A stretch of DNA of 64,000 nucleotides from Mustelus asterias (Eukaryota): positions 1,054,001-1,118,000 of the forward strand of contig NW_027590122.1 of assembly GCF_964213995.1 (NCBI RefSeq), given 5' to 3'. Below, one piece after another: positions 37,985-50,420 of this stretch. Within the stretch, counting starts at the first letter, position 1, and the number at the start of each line of letters is the position of its first letter. A program made the position numbers and the translations under genes. The notes under the pieces were generated by a model. That model was not told the origin of the DNA and ran no database searches. It saw only the letters and a list, made by a program, of their open reading frames with translations.

Positions 37985-38765
37985 CACAGTGATACCAGAT
38001 GGTACAAAATCGACATAACCCACATGAAGAGCAATGTAAGGATTATTTTTCATGCTAAGGTTTTTAAGATTCGACTTGCTTCCACAGCCAGTTCATTATT
38101 ACCAAGAAACAAATGCAAAATAATATCCGAGGAAGGATGTTCTTGCTATAGGGGGAGTGCAGCGAAGGTTCACTGGACAGCTTCTGGAGTGGCAATACTG
38201 ACGTATGAGGGGAGATTGAGTCGGTTAGGATTTTATTGTCTGGGGTTCAGAAGAAGGGAGGCAGGAGGAGAAGATCTCATTAAAACCCATAGTGCAGGAT
38301 TAGACAGGGTAGATTCAGGATGGCGGCAGGTTCCAGAACCAGGCTTCATAGTCTAAGGGTATGGGACTAACATGAGGAGAATTTCTTTTTCACCAAGAGA
38401 ATGAAAAGCCTGTGTAATTCACAATTACAAAGGTTTAAACAGAACAATGATGCTTACCCATCTCCCCTCTTTCTTTTGGGTCAACTCTCTGGATGGAATC
38501 TTCCTATCCCGTTGACAGGACACAAATCAGCTTCTCAGTTCAACATCATATTACTGAGGCAGTTCCAGCTCCTATCCCATGTATCTCTAATGCCTGGCTA
38601 AGCTGAGCTGGATCAAAACTGACGCAAAACCGTGCAGTCTCTTCGCCTGCATGCCACATATTATATTGGCACTCTGCCCAGCTTGACTCGACTACTTACA
38701 ACAGACAACTAGATAACAGAGGAGATGTGGAACGAAAGAAAAAAACACACTGACTTCACACTCAC

Positions 38766-38815
38766 TTGGTATAACGGTCACCTGGGTGCCGCTGCCGAAC
38801 GTTAATTTACTGTAG
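38766..38815 (-). CDS. TRDJ: TCR delta J segment
   Basis: Encodes YSKLTFGSGTQVTVIP with a gtgagt donor. The RSS has heptamer TACTGTG, a 12-nt spacer and a weak nonamer CTTAACTGT (38816-38843). Confidence 0.88.
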
Positions 38816-39809
38816 CACAGTAACAATTGCTCAGACAGTTAAGAAACCTTCTCTTGAGATAGGTGTTTCAGATTTCAGATAATTTGCGGCAAAGACAAAT
38901 CTGGAACAGCCACTAATTCGCTGCAGGTATCAGACATTGCATATCTTCCCCCTCCCCACCATCAGAGACTAAATGGGCCGAATAGCCTCCTTGGATGCTC
39001 TAAGATTCTATTAACGTGAAGAATTTCTGAGCCAAGATAGTCACTGGTCAAATGTAGCCCTCCACGCCCTTCCCCAGCAACAAATATATTTTGCCTCTGA
39101 ACCTAGGTTAGGAAACATATGAACAAGGGGAGGCTCTTCAGCCCTCAGTGCCTGCTCTGCCAATCTCCGAAATGGCTTAACTGGTCGGCCAATGAGAGAG
39201 TTGCAGCATGGCCTTGCCAGCGACGCCTCAACCTCTGGCAGAAAATAAATACAGTTCAACGGATAGTATTTCATTTATTAGCTAAGCTTTCTCTTCTTGC
39301 AAATGCAGCCTGACCTGCTGGGGTTTTTCCCAGCATTATCTGTTCCTATTGTCATAGTCCTGTTAGATTTCAAAGAGGTAAACAGACATGTTGAGTATGA
39401 AAGTTGCGTTTACGTTTAGTTGAATCAGCTGTTACTCAGGCTCATTTTCCAAAAGGGAGATATTTTTCATTAATTTGTGGGACATGGGTATCGTTGGCTG
39501 GCCAGCATTTATTGCCCATCCCCAATTGCCCTTGGAAGGCAATTGAGAGTTAACCAAATTGCACATGTAGGCCAGATCAGATAAGGACGGAAGATTTTCT
39601 TCTCTAAAGGACATTACTGAACTAGATAGGTGTTTCCGACAATCGACAATGGTTTTCATCGTCAACAGTAGATTCTTAATTCCAGATTTTTGAATTTAAA
39701 TTCCACCATCTGCCGTGGCAGAATTCGAACGTGGGTCCCCAGAACATCAGTTAAATTGCTGGATTAATAATCTAGCGATATTGCCACTAGGCCATCACCT
39801 CCCCCCAGT

Positions 39810-42800
39810 TTCACTTCCCCCCCAGGAATTTAACACAATGGTGGGAAACGATATTAGCTCTGATAATGTGTATGGGTAGAGTTGGGAGATACCAAGGGGC
39901 AGAAAACATCAGATGGGTGTCATATATAGACGCCGAAACTGCAGTGGTGATGTTGGAAATGGCATTAAACACGAAATTAAAGATGCATGTGATGAGTGAA
40001 TATCGGTGATCATGGGTGATTTTAATCTGCACATTGATTGAGCAAATCAAATTAGCCACAATGCCATAGAGGAGGAATTCCTGAGTGGATACGGGATGGC
40101 TTCCTTCGCCAATATGTGAAGGAACCAACGAGGGAGCAGGCCATCTTAGACTGGGTATTGTGGAGTGAGAAGGGAATAATTGCCAATCTAGTTGTGCGAG
40201 GCACCTTGGGGATGAGCGACCATAACATGAGAGAATGTTTTATCAAGATGGAGAGTGAAGTAGTTGATTCGGAGACGACAGTGCTGAATCTTAATAAACG
40301 AGACAATGAATATATGAGGCGTGATTTGGCCTTCATAGATTGGGGAGACTTACTTAAAGGGATGACAATGGATAGGCAACGGCAAACATTCAAAAAACGC
40401 ATGGGGGAACTGCAGCAATTATTTATCACTATCTGGCACAAAAGCAAAATGGGTAAGAGGGCCAATCCAGGCTTACAAAGGAAATTAGAGATAGTATTCG
40501 ATCCAAGGAAGAAGCATACAGATTGGCCAAAACCAATAATAGGTCTGAGGATTGGGAGCAGTTTAGAATTCAGCAAAGAAGTACGAATGGATTGATTAAC
40601 AAGAGGAAAATACAGCCTGAAATTAAGCTTGCAGGGAACATAAAGGCTGATACTAAGAGTTTCAAAATGTAGAACCCTACAGACAGAGACAGGGGAATGT
40701 ATATTAGAGGACGAAGAAATGGCTGACTAGCTGAAATACATACTTTAGTTCTGTCTTCACAAATGAGGACACAAATCAAATACCAGAAATGTTGGAGAAT
40801 GCAAGATTGAGTGAGAGGGAAGAACTGAGGGAGATCAACATCAGTAGAGAAATGTTGCTGGGAACATTGATGGAATTGAAGGCGGATAAATCCGCAGGGC
40901 CTGATAATCTACATCCCAGAGTACTAAAGGAAGTGGCTCTAGAAATAATGGATGCATTGGTGGTCAGCTTACAGGATTCTATAGACTCTGGAATAGTCCC
41001 TGCAGATTGGAGGGTAGCTAATGTCACTCCAATATTCAAAAAGAGTGGCAGAGTGAAAACAGGGAATCATAGACCAATAAGCCTAATAAGAACATAAGAA
41101 CATAAGAACTAGGAGCAGGAGTAGGCCATCTGGCCCCTCGAGCTCGTTCCTCCATTCAATAAGATCATGGCTGATCTTTTCATGGACTGAGCTCCACTTA
41201 CCCGCCCACTCACCCTTCATTCTTTACTGTTGAAAAATGTATCAATCCTTGCCTTAAAAACATTCATTGAGGTAGCCTCAACTGCTTCACTGGGCAGGGA
41301 ATTCCACACATTCCCAACCCTTTGTGTGAAGAAGTTCCTCCTCAATTCAGTCTTAAATTTGCTTCACCTTATTTTGAGGCTATGCCCCCTAGTTCTAGTT
41401 TCACCCACCAATGGAAACAACTTCCCTGCTTCTATCTTATCTCTTCCCTTCATAATCTTATATGCTTCTATAATATCCTCCCTCATTCTTCTGAATTCCA
41501 GTGAGTATAGCCCCAGTCTACTCAATCTCTCGTCATAAGCCAACCCTCTCAACTCCGAAACCAACCTAGTGAATTTCCTCTGCACCCCCTCCAGTGCCAG
41601 TATATTCTTTCTCAGGTAAGGAGACCAAAACTGTAGACAGTACTCTAGCTGTGGCCTCGCCAGCACCTTATACGCTGCAACATAATTTCGCCATTTTTAA
41701 ACTCCATCCCTCTAGCACTGAAGGACAAATTTCCATTTGCCTTCTCAATTACCTGCTGCACCTGTAACCCAACTCCTTGAGATTCCTGCACAAGGACACC
41801 CAGGTCCCTCTGCACAACAACATGCTGCAATGTTTTACCATTTAAATAATAGTCCATTTTGCTGTTATTCCTACCAAAATGGATGACTTTACACTTACCA
41901 ACATTGTACTCCATCTGCCAGACACTCGCCCACTCACTCAGATTATCTATATCCCTTTGCAGACTTTCAGCATCCTCTGCACACTTTGCTCTTCCACCCA
42001 TCTTAGTGTCATCTTCGAATTTTGACACACTACACTTGGTCCTCAACTCCAAATCATTGATGTAAATCGTAAACAATTGCGGTCCCAACACTGATCCCTG
42101 AGGCACACCACTAGTCACTGATCGCCAACCAGAAAAACACCCATTTACGCCCACTCTTTGCCTTCTGTTAGTTAACCAATCCTCTATCCATCCTAATACA
42201 TTACCCGTAACACTGTGCACCTTTATCTTTTGTAGCAGTCTTTCGTGCGGCACCTTGTCAAATGCCTTTTGGAAATCCAGATACACCACATCCACAGGTT
42301 TCCCGTTGTCCACTGCACATGCAATGTTCTCAAAGAATTCCACCAAATTAGTCAAACATGACCTGCTCTTCATGAACCCATGGTGCGTCTTACCAATGGG
42401 ACAATCCATATCCAGAGGTCTCGCTATTTCTTCCTTGATGATAGATTCAAGCATTTTCCCTACTACAGAAGTTAAGCTAACCGGCCTATAGTTACCTGCC
42501 TTTTGTCTACCTCCTTTTTAAAACAGTGGCGACACATTTGCTGTTTTTCAATCTGCGGGAACCACCCCAGAGTCCAGCGAATTTTGGTAAATTATCACTA
42601 GTGCATTTGCTATTTCTCCTGCCACCTCTTTTAGTACCCTGGGATGCATTCTACCAGGATCCGGAGACTTGTCTACTTTTAGCCCCATTAACTTGCCCAT
42701 CACTACCTCTTTCGTGATAATGATAGTTTCTCGGTTCTCACCGGCCATAGCCTTCCTGTCATCAATTTTTGGCATGTTGTTTGTGTCTTCTAATATCGGT

Positions 42801-44360
42801 ACTGGGGAAAATTCTCGAATCCGTTATCAAGTACTTATAGCGGAGTATTTTGAAAGCTGTGGCAGGATCATACAGATTCAGCACGGATTTATGAAGGGGA
42901 AATCATGCTTGACAAATCTGTTGGAATTCTTTGAAGATGTAACGAGTAGGGTTGACAAGGGGGAGCCAGTCGATGTGGTATATTTGGACTTTAAGAAATC
43001 GTTTGACAAAGTCCCGCATAAGAGATTATCGGGCATATTTAAAGTGCATGGAATTGGGGAACTGTATTTAGATGGACAGAAAATTGGTTGGCAGAGAGGA
43101 AATAAAGAGTAGGAATTAATTTGCCATTTTCAACGAGTGTGTAACGAGTGTGAGCCAGTTGATGTGGTATATTTGGACGTTCAGCAATCGTTTGACAAAG
43201 TCCCGCACAAGAGATTGTTCTTCAAGATTAAAGTGCATGGGATTGAGGGAAGTGTATTGAGAAGGACAGAAAACTGGTTGGCAGAAAGGAAACAAGGAGT
43301 AGGAATTATTAGTTCATTTTCAAATTGGCAGGCTGTAACTCGTGGAGTGCCACAGGGATCGGTGCTGGGGCCCCAGCTATTCATAATATGTATTAATGAT
43401 TTGGACGAGGGAGCAAAATGTAACATCTCAAAATTTACAGATGATACCAAGTTGGGTGGGAGGGTGAACTGTGACGAGGCTGCAGAGACCCTTCAGCCTG
43501 ATCTGGACAGGTTGTGCAAGTGGGCAAAACAATGGCAGATGCAGTATAATTTAGATAAATGTTAGTCATTTTGGAAGCAAAAACAAGAAGGCAGATTGCT
43601 ACCTAAATGGCTGTGAATTGGGAGAGGAGAATACATCGGGACCGAGGTGTCCTTGTTCAACAGACGCTGAAGGTAAGCATGCAGGTGCAGCAGGCAGTAA
43701 CGATGGCAAATGGTATGTTGGCCTTCATTGCGAGAGGTTTTGAGTACAGGAGCAGGGATGTGTTGTTGCAATTATACAAGGACTTGGTAAGGCCGCACCT
43801 GGAATATTGTGTGCAGTTTTGATCTCCTTTTCTGAGGAAGGATGTTCTTGCTCCCGAGGAATTGCAGCGAAGCTTTACCAGGCTGATCCCGGGGATAGCG
43901 CGGCTGATGTATGGGGAGAGATTGACTAGGTTAGGATTGTTTTCGCTGGAGTTCAGACGAATGAGGGGGGATCTCATAGAGACTTCCAAAGCTCTAACAG
44001 GACTTGACAGGTAGATGCAGGGAGGATGTTCCCGATGGTGGGAGTCCAGAACCAGGGGTCATAGTCTGAGGATTTGGGATAGACCATTTCGGACGGTAGT
44101 GAGGAGACATTTCTTCATCCAAAGAGTGGTGAGCCTGTGGAATTCATTACCACAAGAAGTAGTAGATGCCTAAACATTGAATGTATTCGAAAGGTGGCAA
44201 GATATTGCACTTGGGGCGAATGGGATCAAAGATTTTGGGGAGGAAGCAGGATTAAGCTACTGAGTTGGACGATCAGCCATGATCGTAATGAATGGCGGAG
44301 CAGGCTCGAAGGGCCGAATGGCCTCCTCCTGCTACGATCTTCCATGTTTCTATGTTTCTA
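39810..44360 (+). mobile_element. Long degenerate CR1 (+) with a nested antisense CR1 (~41090-42790)
   Basis: APE and RT fragments on the plus strand. Minus-strand RT ORFs 41645-42454 and 41364-41666 are flanked by a possible ctaata target-site duplication. An internal tandem duplication lies at about 42940-43320. Confidence 0.9.
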
Positions 44361-44615
44361 TGAGGCACCCATCAATGCATGTCATATTGTTGAGGCCCAA
44401 AGATTGGTCTGTCACCTACAGCATGTCTAAATAAGCATTGAGACCTGAGTTAGCTGTCTCCCTATCTTTTTGAAGCTCATCTTACAGACAAAATGCCTTC
44501 ACTTATGTTCCATGTGATACTTTGGATCGTTGCTGACTTGCTATTTGTCAGACACCATAAAGCGAAAAAATAATCTGCATGAAACAAAATGAATGTAACT
44601 TCCAATCGTACTCAC

Positions 44616-44676
44616 TTGGCACAACAGTCAACTGGGTGCCGCTGCCAAATGTGAGCTTCACGGTATCGTCATAATG
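44616..44676 (-). CDS. TRDJ: TCR delta J segment, functional
   Basis: Encodes HYDDTVKLTFGSGTQLTVVP with a gtgagt donor. The 12-RSS GGTTTATGT-12-CACTGTG lies at 44677-44704. Confidence 0.94.
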
Positions 44677-45262
44677 CACAGTGCAAAGGGCACAGACATA
44701 AACCTTCCATTGGAGTGAAGATGCAGATGTCATTTAATACATGATAAAGCATACTCACTAATTCGGGGGCAGGGCAATATACAAAGTTCACATTGGGAAG
44801 AGCCCTTGAGATCCTTGAATGAAACTTCAACCATTAAAAATTCTAACCGGATCCAAACTTAAGATTTTAAATGTCTTATTGGGTCGGATAGTGAATGTGT
44901 TGCTCTCCCAAATATAAGTTTTAAAGTTCTGGTGCTAGCACATCTGCACACAATGCGACAAAAAATTAAACCGAACCAGATGAGCCGAAATATAAGACTT
45001 ATTCATATTTTATTTCTCCTGACTTTGAGTTTTGAGTTCAATTTCAGATTCTGCTGACATCAATAGCCAGGGCAGGTGAGATCTTGACAGAAAAATATTT
45101 CCCCATCCACCAATTTAAATGCAATTCCTTCTTCTAGCCTGTTAGCTCCATATGACATATACTTCTATCCACTTTACAAATGTGAATTTTATTCGCAGTA
45201 AATAATGTTCAAATTTTCTGCGTCCGCAGTGCTTCATCGTTACATTTTGCGAGGGTGCTTAT

Positions 45263-45322
45263 TGGGTTCCACAGTGACTTTTGTTCCAGTGCCAAGGATC
45301 AGCCTGTCATCAGTGGGGGTGA
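45263..45322 (-). pseudogene. J pseudogene
   Basis: Encodes TPTDDRLILGTGTKVTVEP (F>L in FGxG). The donor is mutated to ATAAGC. The RSS GATATGTTT-12-GACAGTG lies at 45323-45350. Confidence 0.82.
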
Positions 45323-45944
45323 CACTGTCGTTGCAGATGCTAAACATATCTGTTACTCTCGTGGGAACAGTAATGCCAGAAGTCTTTATTGTCTTGCTTG
45401 GTGTTTTGACTATAGATTCGGATTCAAGTTGCAGGAGGAAAATGCAACTGCACCTCTCCCCGAAACCATCTCCCAACTAACTCCAATTATATTTGATTTT
45501 CTCTATTTCACAAAAGTACAACACATAGTTAGAAGTTTAACGTTCCTTCCATGCAGGATTTCATTAACTTCGCTGTATTCTCCTGTCATGTTAGTCCTCC
45601 CAAAATGTGTTATCTCACACTTTTCAGAGTTAAATTTCAATTTTCCACTGCTCTGCCCATTTGACCATTGCTCTGCCCATTTTCCCTCCGTATCATACTA
45701 TAATGTAAGGCTTTCCTCCTCTCCATTTACCACACCACCACTTTTTCTGTCGTCTGCGAATTTACTGATTATATCCCCTGGATTTCTGTCTCTCTACTTA
45801 GCTACCTAATGATATGTTGATCAATTTCACAATTTATTATTACATGAAATTAATTAATTATTTTCGCTCTTTGTTACCATTTGCCAGACACGGGTTTAGC
45901 AGAAAAGTCCATCGATGGATAAAGACAAATCAGCTGGCACTTAG

Positions 45945-46010
45945 TTGGCACAACAGTCAATTGGATTCCGCTGCCAAAAGTGAGTTTCTAACTACCGTCA
46001 TGGTAATAAG
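45945..46010 (-). pseudogene. J pseudogene
   Basis: Encodes YYHDGS*KLTFGSGIQLTVVP with an in-frame TAG. The donor is mutated to CTAAGT. Heptamer CACGGTG lies at 46011-46017. Confidence 0.85.
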
Positions 46011-46206
46011 CACCGTGACACATTGCCAGCAGAAAGCGACCAATGCATAAGGTCATTCAGTTTCTGGCTAATACACACAGCAAGGAAACTGGAAGATTAA
46101 CTAGTTGCCTTGAAAGCTGCTATGGTGTGCGAAGAGTTCATCTTAAAATTTATTTACGCCAAAAGAGGAACAATGGATCTTATACGATTCTATAACACAA
46201 AGGACA

Positions 46207-48070
46207 TACAAAGAACAAAGAACAGTACAGCACAGGAAACAGGCCCTTCGGCCCTCCAAGCCTGTGCCGCTCCTTGGTCCAACTAGACCAATCGTTTGTA
46301 TCCCTCCATTCCCAGGCTGCTCATGTGACTATCCAGGTAAGTCTTAAACGATGTCAGCGTGCTTGCCTCCACCACCCTACTTGGCAGCGCATTCCAGGCC
46401 CCCACCACCGTCTGTGTAAAAAGCATCCCTCTAATATCTGAGTTATACTTCGCCCCTCTCACCTTGAGCCCGTGACCCCTCGTGAACGTCACTTCTGATC
46501 TGGGAAAAAGCTTCCCACCGTTCACCCTATCTATCCCCTTCATAATCTTGTACACCTCTATTAGATCTCCCCTCATTCTCCGTCTTTCCAGGGAGAACAA
46601 CCCCAGTTTACCCAATCTCTCCTCATAGCTAAGACCCTCCATACCAGGCAACATCCTGGTAAACCTTCTCTGCACTCTCTCTAACGCCTCCACGTCCTTC
46701 TGGTAGTGTGGCGACCAGAACTGGACGCAGTACTCCAAATGTGGCCTAACCAGCGTTCTATACAGCTGCATCATCAGACTCCAGCTTTTATACTCTATAC
46801 CTCGTCCAATAAAGGCAAGCATACCATATGCCTTCTTCACCACCTTCTCCACCTGTGTTGCCACCTTCAAGGATTTGTGGACTTGCACATCTAGGTCCCT
46901 CTGTGTTTCTATACTCCTGATGACTCTGCCATTTATTGTCTATCTCCACCCTACATTATTCCTTCCAAAATGCATCACTTCGCATTTATCCGGATTAAAC
47001 TCCATCTGCCACCTCTCCGCCCAATTTTCCAGCCTATCTATATCCTGCTGTATTGCACGACAATGCTCTTCGCTATCCGCAAGTCCAGCCATCTTTGTGT
47101 CATCCGCAAACTTGCTGATTACACCAGTTACACCTTCTTCCAAATCCTTTATATATATCACAAATAGCAGAGGTCCCAGTACAGAGCCCTGCGGAACACC
47201 ACTGGTCACAGACCTCCAGCCGGAAAAAGACCCTTCGACCACTACCCTCTGTCTCCTATGGCCAAGCCAGTTCTCCACCCATCTAGCCACTTCTCCTTGT
47301 ATCCCATGAGCCTTAACCTTCTTAACCAACCTGCCATGTGGGACTTTGTCAAATGCCTTACTGAAATCCATATGGACGACATCCACGGCCCTTCCTTCAT
47401 CAACCGTTTTTGTCACTTCCTCAAAAAACTCCACCAAATTTGTAAGGCACGACCTCCCTCTTACAAAACCATGCTGTCTGTCACTAATGAGATTGTTCCG
47501 TTCTAAATGTACATACATCCTGTCTCTAAGAATCCTCTCTAACAACTTCCCTACCACGGACGTCAAGCTCACCAACCTATAATTTCCTGGGTTATCCCTG
47601 CTACCCTTCTTAAACAACGGGACCACATTCGCTATCCTCCAATCCTCAGGGACCTCACCCGTGTCCAAAGAAGCGACAAAGATTTCCGTCAGAGGCCCAG
47701 CAATTTCATCTCTTGTCTCCCTGAGCAGTCGCGGATAGATGCCATCAGGCCCTGGGGCTTTGTTAGTTTTAATGTTCCGTAAAAAATCTAACACTTCCTC
47801 TCTTGTAATGGAGATTTTCTCTTGCGGGTCAACACCTCCCTCCGAGACACTCCCAGTTAACACGCCCCTCTTCTTCGTGAATACCGATGCAAAGTATTCA
47901 TTTAGGATCTCCCCTATTCCCATGTGTTCTAAGCACAATTCCCCTCCTTTGTCCCTGAGATGACCGATTTTCTCCCTGACAACTCTTTTGTTCCTAACGT
48001 ATGAATAGAATGCCTTAGGATTCTCCTTAATCCTGCCTGCCAAGAACATCTCGTGACTTCTAATTCCCTT
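46207..48070 (-). mobile_element. 5'-truncated CR1, closely related to 21361-25060
   Basis: RT ORFs 46940-48091 and 46283-46888, and an (acaaaga)n tail. Confidence 0.93.
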
Positions 48071-48483
48071 ACTGCACCCAATGGTGCACAAAGGCAGAAT
48101 TGATCTGTTTTCAGAGCGAGTTATTTCTGGAGCAGGTCACTATACTGTTGCCAGGGGCTTAGAGATCGAGGAAGCCACGCTCCATATCAAACGTGGCTGA
48201 GCAGGTATCTCTCCCACTCTTACCACCAGTGCCTCACCTTCCTTGGCCATCAAGTACATTGATTCGGACTCGAACCCGGCTTTTCTGGCTCAGGGGCAGG
48301 GACTTTCACACATACGGCACAGGACCTCTCCACGTTATTAATGGCCATTATATTACCTCTCATCCCCAAAAGTAGATACCGATTGAAACAAAAAACATGA
48401 TTTGGTGATATATATTCGAAGTGTAATTTTCAATTGTCCCCCTACTGTAAATAGGTCATGGTGGAAAATAGTTGAGGACTTAC

Positions 48484-48542
48484 TGGGCTCCACAGTGAGT
48501 TTTGTCCCTTCGCCAAAGACAAGCTTCACAATTCCACCATAG
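48484..48542 (-). CDS. TRDJ: TCR delta J segment, functional
   Basis: Encodes YGGIVKLVFGEGTKLTVEP with a gtaagt donor. The 12-RSS ATATTTTGT-12-CACTGTG lies at 48543-48570. Confidence 0.93.
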
Positions 48543-48804
48543 CACAGTGGTAACAACTACTACAAAATATCGACCCAGCCACATGAACCCAGGTCTAGCT
48601 TACATTCACTTTGAGTTATTATTACTCTTTTTAATTAGCTTCCCTCCCGAACCAAATATAACCATTTCCTCCCTGTCCACCCCCCTCCCCGCCCCCTCCC
48701 CCTCCACCCCCCCCCTCCCCCCCCCGCACACACACAGACTTCGTTCCCACTGTTTTTTTAAACATATTTTAAAGAGCACAATATTTGGACAAGAAATTGA
48801 CGGA

Positions 48805-49120
48805 GGGCGGCAAAGTGGCACAATGGTTAGCACTGCTGCCTCACAGCCAGGGACCCGGATTCAATTCCGGCCTCGGGTCACTCTCTGTGTGGAGTCTGCA
48901 TGTTCTCCCCGTGTCTACGTGGGTTTCCTCCGGGTGCTCCGGTTTCCTCCTACAGTCCAAAGATATGCGGGTTAGGTTGATTGACCAAGCTAAATTGACC
49001 GTAGTGTCAGGGGATTAGCAAGGTAAATATGTGGAGTTATGGGGATAGCGCATGTGTGGGATTGTGGTCGGTGCAGACTCGATGGGCTGAATGGCCTCCT
49101 TCTGCACTGTCGGATTCTCT
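48805..49120 (+). mobile_element. HE1-like V-SINE
   Basis: gggcggcaaagtggcacaatggttagcactgctgcctcacag... through the tail gcctccttctgcactgt. Confidence 0.8.
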
Positions 49121-50218
49121 GATTCGCTTTTTCCATCTCCCCGATACTTCTCCCTGAGCAGAAGGAGGCCATTCGGCTCACCCATCATTCAATGAGATCA
49201 CGACTGATCTGATGTGATAATCCTCAACTCCAGTGTCCTCATAACCCTCGATTTCCTTGCGGATTAAAAATCTGTCTATCCCAGCATTGAAAATGCTTAA
49301 CGACAGCCTATACATCCCTCTGTGGTAACGAAGTCCACAGATTCGGTACCGTCTGAAGGACGAAATTCTTCATCATCTCTCTCTTTAAATCGGCAACCCC
49401 TTATTCTGGGATTTAGCCTCTGGTCCTAGACTCTCCCACAAGGGAATAGAATAGAAGTCTACAGTATATCAAAGGCCCTTCGGCCCATCGTGTCTGCCCC
49501 GGCCAAAGATAAACCAGCTGACTTTTCTAATCCCATTTCCAGCACTTGGTCCATTGCCGTGTATGATATGGCATCAAAAGCGCATAACCAAACACTCCTT
49601 AAATGTTGTGAGGGTCTCTGTCACCACCACCCTTTCAGACAGTGAGTTCCAGATTTCTGTCACCCTGAGGACGAAAAGGTTCTCGTCACATTCCCTCTAA
49701 ATCGCCTATCCCTGCCTTAAATCAATGCATCCCCCCCCCCACCCCCACCAAAAGAACACTGCTCATTGATCCCTCTAAAATGGGGATACGTGTCTTCCTG
49801 TCTACGCTATCTCTGCCCCTCGTTAGGCTGAAGCGACTTTTACAGTGCTGTCTATCTCTATGACTCTATGACTCTATCGGGGCGTGCCTCTTCTAACTAT
49901 CTATCAATGTGTCATTTAATTGCATTACGCACAAACATTTCATTAACACATCTCCTTGCTCGCTACCCAAGTGGGTTTTTATGATTAAAGGCCAATTAAA
50001 TGTTTTAAGGAAACAGTCGTGAATTGTGGAATCAAAAAAGATTTCATCTGCTCCATCTCAATGTCCATTGAAGCTGCTCTTTGGATTCCCAATGAGAGCT
50101 CCTCACCCGGTCTATACAACAAGTGATAATTGAAATAACACAGCGACTGTATGTCTCAATGAAGTGACAGGGAGAAAATAATATGTTGAGTGATCATTAT
50201 CCAGGATTAGTTACTTAC

Positions 50219-50281
50219 TGGGTTCCACAATCAGCCTGGTTCCATTGCCGAAGATGAGCTTTGCAGTCTCTCCATACGTTA
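50219..50281 (-). CDS. TRDJ: TCR delta J segment (D-proximal)
   Basis: Encodes TYGETAKLIFGNGTRLIVEP with a gtaagt donor. The 12-RSS GGATCTTGT-12-GGGTGTG lies at 50282-50309. Confidence 0.9.
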
Positions 50282-50405
50282 CACACCCGTTGATTCCATA
50301 ACAAGATCCATTGTGGTGCTGGGAGGGTGCTATTGAGAGAGCTTGGTGTTCTCCTGTGGGCTGTGAGGTTATTGCACGGGCGTTAAGGGAGATTCAACTA
50401 CTGTG

Positions 50406-50420
50406 GTCCCACGATATCCC
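50406..50420 (-). CDS. TRDD: TCR delta D segment (GGGATATCGTGGGAC)
   Basis: The 5' RSS is AGTTTTTGT-12-CACTGTG (50421-50448) and the 3' RSS is CACAGTA-23-GCAATAACC (50367-50405). It is open in all three frames (GISWD, GYRG, DIVG). Confidence 0.95.
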
